From IMG/VR virus record IMGVR_UViG_3300027864_000205, positions 1-64,000 of that record: 64,000 nucleotides of DNA; one strand, 5' to 3'. A program made the translations under genes and the position numbers. Positions 8,379-15,869 of the stretch are shown here, in pieces. The stretch comes from a virus (taxonomy: Duplodnaviria; Caudoviricetes). Below the pieces are notes generated by a model. It searched no databases, had not been told where the DNA came from, and saw only the letters and a program-made list of their open reading frames with translations. How positions within the stretch are numbered: the stretch's first letter is position 1; each line of letters begins with the position of its first letter.

Positions 8379-8735
8379 TTACTCCCCCTTATGGTTAACA
8401 GGTGCAGATTGTGATTTAATCCACCCGCCTACCATCCTTCCAATTTCGTCCACCAAGCTCGACCAGTGCTTGTACTTTTTTATCGGCAGGAACCCACGTC
8501 TGTGTGAAAGCCTGATGAACGATTGCAAAGTTGCATTCTCAATGTCTAACTCCTGTAGAGTGGTTTTTTTGTAGTATTTCTTTTGTCCGGCGATAGTAAG
8601 CCTAAGCATTTGCTGCATACAAAGGTCTATGTTTCTTACAAGCGACTGCTTAGACTTTCTCGGATATTGTTCAAGTGCAATATCTGCATACACCATCATG
8701 TCCTCTATTTTTTGTCGGATTTTTAGAACTTCGAT
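8379..8735 (-). CDS. avd: DGR accessory variability determinant (Avd, four-helix bundle)
   Basis: LQELDIENATLQSFIRLSHRRGFL...WSSLVDEIGRMVGGWIK; position between target and TR; start codon uncertain (see findings). Confidence 0.9.
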   Translation of the reverse strand: MEVLKIRQKIEDMMVYADIALEQYPRKSKQSLVRNIDLCMQQMLRLTIAGQKKYYKKTTLQELDIENATLQSFIRLSHRRGFLPIKKYKHWSSLVDEIGRMVGGWIKSQSAPVNHKGE

Positions 8736-8815
8736 TGTGACACACCCCTCTCTCCAAAAGAAACACATGCGCATTATACATTAGTTTGCAATTTTCTATG
8801 TGAAACCGTTATAAA

Positions 8816-8832
8816 ATAACGAAATGCGTTAT
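8816..8832. promoter_or_regulatory. Palindromic operator upstream of the avd-TR-RT promoter (-10 TATAAT at 8773-8778, minus strand)
   Basis: ATAACG-aaatg-CGTTAT, extended by AAA/TTT flanks. Confidence 0.6.
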
Positions 8833-8848
8833 TTTGAAAATTTGCGCT

Positions 8849-8872
8849 ATAGCCGCACTATCGTGCGGCTAT
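8849..8872 (-). promoter_or_regulatory. DGR target-recognition hairpin/cruciform downstream of VR
   Basis: 10-bp stem atagccgcac / gtgcggctat with a GATA (GRNA-type) loop on the sense strand, 20 nt after the target stop. Confidence 0.85.
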
Positions 8873-8891
8873 CAGAACGCAGTTTTTCAGA

Positions 8892-10151
8892 TTACAGGGA
8901 TTCACAAGCGCCCCGAGCGCCGACGTTCGAGCCCACGTGCCACGGAAAACCGCTCAGATGCACGGCGCGAGAGCCGGCGTACATCCCGTTGTCCCAAGCG
9001 CCGCCGGCAAGGAGGGCACTAATGGACTGGTCAAAATACTGGTGGATATTACCATTATTTGGATTGCCTCCGGGTGCGGTTTCACCTAGCGGAGAAACTC
9101 TATCCCACGCCCATGCGCCTTGTGCTGAGTTCGGGCTATTGTCGCCCCTTGTGGTCGGACCATGCGCAGTGCCATTGGTTACCGTCTGCCCTCTGCGACT
9201 ACCGTCGCTCGAAGCGAAGGTGAACGGTGTCGGATTTGTCGTGCCGGCAAGTACGCGTCCACTTGCCATCGTCAGCAAATCATCATTCCACTCCCACACA
9301 TTGCCTGTGGTATCAACACAGCCAATCGCAGATACAGCCCTTGCTACGCTGCCACATACGGCTCTTGCAGTATTTGCAGGAGCTGCGCTCCTTGTGTGTG
9401 CGTTATCGTTGTTCTCAGCAAGGCCTTGTGGGGCACCGAACGCAGCCTGTAGCCATTCTGCATGACTCGGCATCCTTTTATCGCTCATGAGATATCTGTC
9501 TACAAATGTGTACCAGTTATAACCTTCTGTGCCGGTTATAGGTAGCATACCGTGAGAAGATTGCACGCCGCCATTGCCATCATCGGAGGAGAGATAAATA
9601 TCTATCCACAAGCCATGTCCGGAGTAAACCATGCTCTCGGGTTCACATCTTGGTCTGTGCTTTAACGTCCACACACTGCGCGGCACAATTCCCATGTATA
9701 CATTAGCTTCCCAGCCAGTGCCGAATACAATGCCTTGTGTGTTTATTGGGCGTGTCCGAGAATCGACACGACGAGCCATTCCAAAGTGGAATCCACCAAT
9801 TTTGCGACTATTTGCAGCGTTGAAGCCTGCGGGAAATGTTGTATTGAGAGATATACGGTAAGCTTCTTCTATTGTGCCATCATCGCAGATATACACATAG
9901 TAGTCTCTTCCTAAGAGGAAAGCAGAACCCGAGTCTAAGTTTGCGATTCCAAGCGAATCGGCTCTTGTTTTGTAGATGTTTTCACCCACTGATATGACAG
10001 TACCCTCAATTACAGCCAAAGAATTGTCGCCGTCTGTTGTCAGGTATTCGTTGGTATGTGCAACCACATCAGATGATGCAGCTATTTTTGCTGTAGTTAT
10101 CAAAGCCAATGGGTCTAGTCGAGTCGGGTCGTCAATCATAAGTTTAGGCAT
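8892..10151 (-). CDS. DGR target, Mtd-like receptor-binding/tail protein with C-type-lectin (FGE-like) C-terminus
   Basis: GNVWEW and GGxW...GARG CLec-type motifs; VR at C-terminus; sits at the distal end of the tail module. Confidence 0.88.
   Translation of the reverse strand: MPKLMIDDPTRLDPLALITTAKIAASSDVVAHTNEYLTTDGDNSLAVIEGTVISVGENIYKTRADSLGIANLDSGSAFLLGRDYYVYICDDGTIEEAYRISLNTTFPAGFNAANSRKIGGFHFGMARRVDSRTRPINTQGIVFGTGWEANVYMGIVPRSVWTLKHRPRCEPESMVYSGHGLWIDIYLSSDDGNGGVQSSHGMLPITGTEGYNWYTFVDRYLMSDKRMPSHAEWLQAAFGAPQGLAENNDNAHTRSAAPANTARAVCGSVARAVSAIGCVDTTGNVWEWNDDLLTMASGRVLAGTTNPTPFTFASSDGSRRGQTVTNGTAHGPTTRGDNSPNSAQGAWAWDRVSPLGETAPGGNPNNGNIHQYFDQSISALLAGGAWDNGMYAGSRAVHLSGFPWHVGSNVGARGACESL
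8906..9018 (-). repeat. DGR variable repeat (VR) at the C-terminus of the target gene
   Basis: Encodes ALLAGGAWDNGMYAGSRAVHLSGFPWHVGSNVGARGA; differs from TR mainly at adenines. Confidence 0.95.
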
Positions 10152-10578
10152 TTTTAAGCACCCCCAAAATAAAGTTTATTTCGTCAATCTCGAAACCATT
10201 TTGTTTTAGCCAGTTATCCTGATTGAATATTGATAGCGTTTCCCTATCGTTAGGAGCTTTGCTGAGTGTTACTACAGTCTCGGAGTACTGTGTTCCTTCG
10301 CTTTCCTCTTGCTCGGGATTTTCTGTATGCGACACGGACTTAACGGTCAATCCGTCCGCAGTGACATCGCCTTCCTTTACCTCGGGGAAGTATCTGGTCG
10401 TGACCACTGCCCTATCTGCCAATATAATTGGTACCGTGCGGTACTGTTTGCCTAGCAAAGACCTGATAAGTTCTTCAAGTTCTGCTATTTCGGTCTTGTC
10501 TAACTCCCCTCGTTGTGCCATGCCTACAAGGTTTGTCATGTCCAGGCGGGTCTGCAATATTTGTGGTATACCTCTCAT
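10144..10578 (-). CDS. Hypothetical tail-region protein
   Basis: AAGGAGG SD; stop overlaps the DGR target start. Confidence 0.75.
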   Translation of the reverse strand: MRGIPQILQTRLDMTNLVGMAQRGELDKTEIAELEELIRSLLGKQYRTVPIILADRAVVTTRYFPEVKEGDVTADGLTVKSVSHTENPEQEESEGTQYSETVVTLSKAPNDRETLSIFNQDNWLKQNGFEIDEINFILGVLKNA

Positions 10579-10618
10579 TGAAAAATTTCCTCCTTACAAT
10601 TATTGTTTGAGATATTGT

Positions 10619-11095
10619 TTAACTTGGTCCTGAATTACTATTTTCTGGTTCTGTTGGAATATGTGGTGGTGCCGGTATGGCAGGACCACTTCCTCCACCA
10701 ACGCCTGATAAGAACGCCGAACCGAAAAAACTCGCGCCAAGCCAAGCGACATTGGAACTCGGCCCACTGCCCCCTATAGGTACCCATATGAATTTACCTT
10801 CTACAATGGCGGCAAGCACAAAAACACCACCAGTGTCAAGGTTCAAGAAAAACTGACCTACCGCACCAACGGTAGTGTCGAGTGGGTCAATCCACCCAAG
10901 AAGCGTTCGTATTTTGTCATCACTCAGTCTTAGGAAGTGGATATTATTAAGAATCCGCTGAAACAACGGGTTAAATGTGAAGGTTGCGCTTGCAGGGTCA
11001 TTGTCTCGTAGCCTTGATATATGTGGGTTGTATTCAGGATTCTCTGGTATATCGAATTCAACGTATGCGTTTGGATTATGTACCGAGTTACTCAT
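10619..11095 (-). CDS. Short tail-fibre base/adaptor protein
   Basis: N-terminal RLRDNDPASATFTFNPLFQRILNNIHFL resembles myophage fibre N-termini; position after baseplate. Confidence 0.65.
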   Translation of the reverse strand: MSNSVHNPNAYVEFDIPENPEYNPHISRLRDNDPASATFTFNPLFQRILNNIHFLRLSDDKIRTLLGWIDPLDTTVGAVGQFFLNLDTGGVFVLAAIVEGKFIWVPIGGSGPSSNVAWLGASFFGSAFLSGVGGGSGPAIPAPPHIPTEPENSNSGPS

Positions 11096-11109
11096 AGATT
11101 TTTTACCTC

Positions 11110-11508
11110 CTAAAATTCGTCGTCGAACTGGAAAGTGAAGGTCACGCCGCCCTCTTTCCGTTTGTCGAAGAATGTTTTAATTGCACACAACTCACCGTCG
11201 GCATCAACGAGTGCAGCTTCATTCAGAACCTCCCCTGCCAACTCTAATGCAGGGATGATAGCCGTATACCTTGCAGTGGTCGAGTATGGAAACTCAACAG
11301 GCTCTATTGGGTATCGTGCAATCTCACGGGTGAGTGATGTTGCCAGTTCGGACGGATGTATCGGATTGCCTTCTGCATCCGTGCCTCCGCTGCCGAAAGC
11401 GACATGCGTTACGGGAGCTATTGCCGAGATTGCCCCGCTTGTAATCCGCGCAAGATTCTCCCTTCTGTGAAGCGTTGTAGTGCTGTTTTCGGGTATACTA
11501 TGTGGCAT
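11110..11508 (-). CDS. Tail-collar/baseplate fibre-attachment protein
   Basis: THVAFGSGG...EAALVDADGELCAIKTF motifs. Confidence 0.75.
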   Translation of the reverse strand: MPHSIPENSTTTLHRRENLARITSGAISAIAPVTHVAFGSGGTDAEGNPIHPSELATSLTREIARYPIEPVEFPYSTTARYTAIIPALELAGEVLNEAALVDADGELCAIKTFFDKRKEGGVTFTFQFDDEF

Positions 11509-11509
11509 G

Positions 11510-12307
11510 TTATAATTCCTCCTCCTTAATGTCTGCTGTCAGTGTTCGGGCACTATCGAGGCTCCATGAGCCATCAAGATACCAGCGGCTATCAGTAATC
11601 GCACGTGCGCGGAGTCTTGGTCGTGTGCTGAATCGATAGCTCGAAAATATAATGTTGTGCATTCCCATCCCAAGCCGAGTTGAATCGAGCAGCCAAGTAC
11701 CGTCAAGCCGCTGAACTCCGTCGAGCATAGGCTTGCGAGTCCATACACTTCTGTTCCTGAAAATAAACTGCACTTGGAAGTTGATAAGTCTAAACCTATT
11801 CCAGTTTACAACCCGTACCGGAAGCATTATATCTGTGAGGCATAATTCAAGGTGTGCGGGTATGCGGCTTCTGAGAATCATGTTAGTATCGTACATATTG
11901 AACGGGTCCGAGAAGTTTCGAGTAATAGTTATCCGAATAAACCCTGAATCAAACGTGACATCTATCTCTCCCGCCGTGAATACCTGTATAAGTTCGATAA
12001 TCTCTCGGTACCCTATGTGGTTGTTTGGAATCCAAAGTGCAAGCAGCACATTCCGTCGCTCGACAAGTGTCCTCGGTCCTGAATAAGTTATTCTCAGAGC
12101 CTTTTCGAGTTTTGCGACAGTTTGCGCATCCATCTTCGCTATAAAGTGATTGTTGACCGCGCGTATATTTGCCAACTGCATATCATCCATATGTGCGCCG
12201 AACGCCCGCCAAAGTGCGTCCATTTCGCGGACATCCCTATACCAAACCGGGTACCAAGTCTTTATTTCCTCGTACTTGCTCGGCAAGGCGTTATCATACA
12301 GGCGCAT
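11510..12307 (-). CDS. Baseplate wedge protein (DUF2313/XkdU-like)
   Basis: KLEKALRI...LVERRNVLL and RIPAHL motifs; follows baseplate J. Confidence 0.75.
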   Translation of the reverse strand: MRLYDNALPSKYEEIKTWYPVWYRDVREMDALWRAFGAHMDDMQLANIRAVNNHFIAKMDAQTVAKLEKALRITYSGPRTLVERRNVLLALWIPNNHIGYREIIELIQVFTAGEIDVTFDSGFIRITITRNFSDPFNMYDTNMILRSRIPAHLELCLTDIMLPVRVVNWNRFRLINFQVQFIFRNRSVWTRKPMLDGVQRLDGTWLLDSTRLGMGMHNIIFSSYRFSTRPRLRARAITDSRWYLDGSWSLDSARTLTADIKEEEL

Positions 12308-13421
12308 TCACAATCACCTCCTGCACAACGCCGACCTGCTTGACTGACAGCTCAATATTCGCAGTACCGCCATTGAGGGTTAAGCTGGTGTAGTCTATAA
12401 GCCCGGATAATGAATACAACATCTGGCTTATGGACGATATCCTGATAACAGAGGTTTGGTTGTCAAGCGGGTTAAGTGACAAATCTTTCAGCAGTGCAAC
12501 CAGCCCCGCTTCTGCCTCGCTTCTGATGTGTTCAACTGAGACACCTGACGAAAGCTCAGCATTGAAACTGAGTGTTACATAAACACGCTCTGCGGCAATT
12601 GTGCCTAGGTGTGCGCCAATGTTTGCCCTGCCACCTCCACGACCGTCACCGACCGGGAAGTCCTCGCCAAGATACTCCACAGTTATGCCTAACGTCATGG
12701 GGTCGATATGCTCCTGTACACGCTCTACGACAGGTTGACCAGCCGGAAGCCCATCAGGTCCGATGCATACAACCATGACGGTATTCGGTCCTGCAAATAA
12801 AGGAATGACCCGAGCGCGTGTACATCCGGGTATTTCTTCAGCCCAAGTTCTATAGTGCTGTTTATTTCCGTTCTCTGAAGGTGCAGCAATTCTTGCCATG
12901 ATTCTTCTTCTGTAATCGCCATCACTCTCTATGTCCGCTCCCGCTTCTATCAACTTGCCAAAGGTCGCAGATTGCAGCCCCCTTGTGATACCCATGGGTA
13001 TAGCGGGTGTGCCTACGGCAATGCTGTTGCTCTGCATACCGAGAGATTCCGCTTCCAGATAGAGGATGCGTTCACCGTCTAAAGTTCTTTCACGGAGCAA
13101 GAAGTAAAGATTATTGGCAAAAAAGCGGTCGCCCAGCGTGGGCTCAACCTCACCAGTCCACGAGAAAGCATATTTCGCAGCGGTCGCAGGGTTTCGCGTA
13201 ACTGCGTGTTGACTGCCTCCATCATCTAAATATTCGCCTACTGCGGTTGATATGAAGGTAAGATCAAACATCGTGCTGAGATCTTGATAATATTCTGCAA
13301 TTTTGAAGCATGCCGAGGCAACAGCGTCAAAAAAGATACCACCTTGCCTGATATCGACATCGGGAGGAGCAGTTTCAAGACACTCAGCCATAATATTTTC
13401 GTAGGTTCTATCTTCAAACAA
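12294..13421 (-). CDS. Baseplate J/gp47 (XkdT-like)
   Basis: FEDRTYENI, GADIESDGDYRRR, SENGNKQHYRTWA. Confidence 0.92.
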   Translation of the reverse strand: MFEDRTYENIMAECLETAPPDVDIRQGGIFFDAVASACFKIAEYYQDLSTMFDLTFISTAVGEYLDDGGSQHAVTRNPATAAKYAFSWTGEVEPTLGDRFFANNLYFLLRERTLDGERILYLEAESLGMQSNSIAVGTPAIPMGITRGLQSATFGKLIEAGADIESDGDYRRRIMARIAAPSENGNKQHYRTWAEEIPGCTRARVIPLFAGPNTVMVVCIGPDGLPAGQPVVERVQEHIDPMTLGITVEYLGEDFPVGDGRGGGRANIGAHLGTIAAERVYVTLSFNAELSSGVSVEHIRSEAEAGLVALLKDLSLNPLDNQTSVIRISSISQMLYSLSGLIDYTSLTLNGGTANIELSVKQVGVVQEVIVNAPV

Positions 13422-13422
13422 A

Positions 13423-13833
13423 TCAGAGTACCTCCTCGATTGTAGTCTCACCATAGGTCGTTATGGCATTACATGAGATTAGTGCGCTCTCGTTTCTTAG
13501 CTCGATTGAAAACCCGTATAAGTCAAGCACACGCCCGTCGGATAATACGGCATCTTTCGTATATTCAGGCAACTCAGTTTGAATATACTCAGGTGTAACA
13601 TTGCTTGCTATGATTGCCTGTTTTAACTCACTGCCATACTGATTATCATAGATAGCGCACCGAAAACGAGGCGTAATGAGCGCCTTTTTAACGAACTGTT
13701 CCACCGCTTCAATTTCGTCACAACTACCAGCAGACAATATTCTGCCATTTTCAAGATCGAGTTTATATGTCCTTGACGGCGACGGAACAAACTCCTCAAC
13801 TTCCGTTATTGGGATTGGGATAAATACACTCAC
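13423..13833 (-). CDS. Baseplate protein DUF2634 (XkdS-like)
   Basis: EAVEQFVKKALITPRFRCAIYDNQYGSEL. Confidence 0.88.
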   Translation of the reverse strand: MSVFIPIPITEVEEFVPSPSRTYKLDLENGRILSAGSCDEIEAVEQFVKKALITPRFRCAIYDNQYGSELKQAIIASNVTPEYIQTELPEYTKDAVLSDGRVLDLYGFSIELRNESALISCNAITTYGETTIEEVL

Positions 13834-14213
13834 TCTTCTTCCTCCCTATCAAGTATGTAATACTTCTTGCCACGATTAAAGCTCAGTATCATAACAGTGT
13901 CGCCTTCTTTCAATGCATTTTTAATTTTAATTTTGCCCTCTACTCCTTCGTGATTATGAGAGCCGCCTGATGCCGCGTCAGGGTGAGAGTGAATTCCGTT
14001 TCTATCCATTTCCGTTATCTCGAATTCCACCTCATAGTCTGTCAGGTGTTTGGGCAGACAGATAATGCCGGGATGCAATTCCATCTTTTCATCATTGATT
14101 AACCTAATATGCAGAGGGTCTTCTTGTGTGACTACCCCGGAGACTACTCGAATTTCTGTTACTTGCATCCCCTGAATCAATTCTTTTATGCTTCCTGATG
14201 CCACTGCATTCAC
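13830..14213 (-). CDS. Baseplate protein DUF2577 (XkdR-like)
   Basis: GVVTQEDPLHI; NALKEGDTVMIL...YYILDR. Confidence 0.85.
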   Translation of the reverse strand: MNAVASGSIKELIQGMQVTEIRVVSGVVTQEDPLHIRLINDEKMELHPGIICLPKHLTDYEVEFEITEMDRNGIHSHPDAASGGSHNHEGVEGKIKIKNALKEGDTVMILSFNRGKKYYILDREEEE

Positions 14214-14223
14214 CTCCCAACGA

Positions 14224-15216
14224 TTACCTCGGACTCCTCATTATATCCATAGCCTCACACATTCCCAAGTTCATTGTGTGTAGGGAGCCTTCAAATGTGT
14301 GCGTATCCTGTTCAACATAAAATGTCCTTGATATGCCGAGTGGTCTAATCGAAACCATGACTCCAACTCCCGAAATAACATCAGGAATGCCAAGTGCCGG
14401 AAGAGTCAGGTTTTCTTGAGGTCTTCCGTTTTCGTTGATAATACCCCGGAGAAGTTGGAAGAGTTGCCCTGGGTTCATTTCATCACGGATTGTCTGCACT
14501 TCTTGAAAAATCCCTATGTTTCTTTCGAGTGACGGGTTTATTGCCCCAGCAACCACGTGCCCCTCGCTGGATAGCAACCTTATTCTCGTCATAATGTTTT
14601 CTATGCTCTTACTGTATCTGTAATCCATAAGATTTGATTCCACTTCCAATACCCACTGAAGCACGTTCTGCCTACGCTCGATAAGGTTCAGTCTCTCGCC
14701 TCTGCACATAACGAAATAGCGAACACCTGTTGCCTGATATGTCAATCCGAGCGCATCAGCGATAGCATCCCATGCTGTTGTTTGAGGCTTAGGTAATTCA
14801 GGTATCATGAAGCCAGTATTAGCAACACTTCCCATAGGGAGACCGAAGCGACTGCATGCATCCCTGAACACTCCGGATGCCGTCACGCCTGAGTAATTGA
14901 AAGTATCTTTGTTTCTAAGCAACCTAAACCCATTGTCATAGGCTCTCAACGAAAGTGTTCTGCTTGATGATGGAGTTTGCCTGAGAAACATTCCACGGAA
15001 AAGTTCCCTGCCCTGCCAATTGAAAATACAATGATGACCGTTTTCCACATCAATGCGTAAGCGCTCGTGGCCGTGGTCATCACTATCGATAAAATCCACT
15101 TGCAACGACCTTGCGGGAGAGCTTCGTCTCCCCGCCCATGTGATTTTTGACACAAGATTGCTTGCATCTATAGTCGCTCCACCCCTAGCGACAAGTAGTG
15201 TTGCAGATCCGCTCAT
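14224..15216 (-). CDS. Tail hub protein (XkdQ/YqbQ-like)
   Basis: LVSKITWAG, AYDNGFRLLRNKDT, YVEQDTHTF. Confidence 0.88.
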   Translation of the reverse strand: MSGSATLLVARGGATIDASNLVSKITWAGRRSSPARSLQVDFIDSDDHGHERLRIDVENGHHCIFNWQGRELFRGMFLRQTPSSSRTLSLRAYDNGFRLLRNKDTFNYSGVTASGVFRDACSRFGLPMGSVANTGFMIPELPKPQTTAWDAIADALGLTYQATGVRYFVMCRGERLNLIERRQNVLQWVLEVESNLMDYRYSKSIENIMTRIRLLSSEGHVVAGAINPSLERNIGIFQEVQTIRDEMNPGQLFQLLRGIINENGRPQENLTLPALGIPDVISGVGVMVSIRPLGISRTFYVEQDTHTFEGSLHTMNLGMCEAMDIMRSPR

Positions 15217-15869
15217 GCGGGTAATGCAAGGACTTGACCAGGATGGATTAAGTTAGGGTTGCTTATCCTGTCCCGATTCAAGTTGTGTATCTCAGGCCAT
15301 CGAGCACCATTGCCAAGGTGTGTCTGAGCAATCCTCCAAAGAGTATCACCCGGGGCAACGGTATGCGTTCGTGGCATGATGCGGTTGTCCACTCGAGGTG
15401 GCGCAGGGGCTGGGGGTGGTATAAACGCCCGTTGTTGCCGCACCTGTACTTGCCTGAGAGTCACGCTTCTGTGCATTTTGAGGACAAGCGTATAATGGAT
15501 AGTGCCAATATCGCCGCCTCTTTCGTGATGTGTAAAGTTTTCTATTCTGAAGTATGCGCCAGCACTCATGCCGGCAACCAATAGTCTGATAGGTCTTTTG
15601 CTGCTTTGCCACGATTCTATCCTTGCCACCAGATCGTTCGGGGATATCAGAGCCCCTTGCATACCCTGTATTGGTGTAGCGGGGAAGATAGAGGAAAATG
15701 TTATCACCGGCGCGGAAGGGTCATTCCTGAAAATGACCTCGCCCAGCCCCTGAATGTTGACGCTTCTGCTTGAACTGCCCTTGACAACAGTAAAAACATC
15801 AGGAAGAACGGGCATTCTTATTCTGTCAGTTCCACCATTATGCGTGAGCCACATTTGATACCTAGAAGG
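15213..15869 (-). CDS. LysM-containing tail tube initiator (XkdP-like)
   Basis: HTVAPGDTLWRIAQTHLGNGARWPEIHNLN...NPNLIHPGQVL LysM domain. Confidence 0.9.
   Translation of the reverse strand, partial: PSRYQMWLTHNGGTDRIRMPVLPDVFTVVKGSSSRSVNIQGLGEVIFRNDPSAPVITFSSIFPATPIQGMQGALISPNDLVARIESWQSSKRPIRLLVAGMSAGAYFRIENFTHHERGGDIGTIHYTLVLKMHRSVTLRQVQVRQQRAFIPPPAPAPPRVDNRIMPRTHTVAPGDTLWRIAQTHLGNGARWPEIHNLNRDRISNPNLIHPGQVLALPA

Larger units (their letters stand above)
6967..10151 (-). mobile_element. Diversity-generating retroelement (target-VR, hairpin, avd, TR, RT)
   Basis: All canonical components present, in order. Confidence 0.95.
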
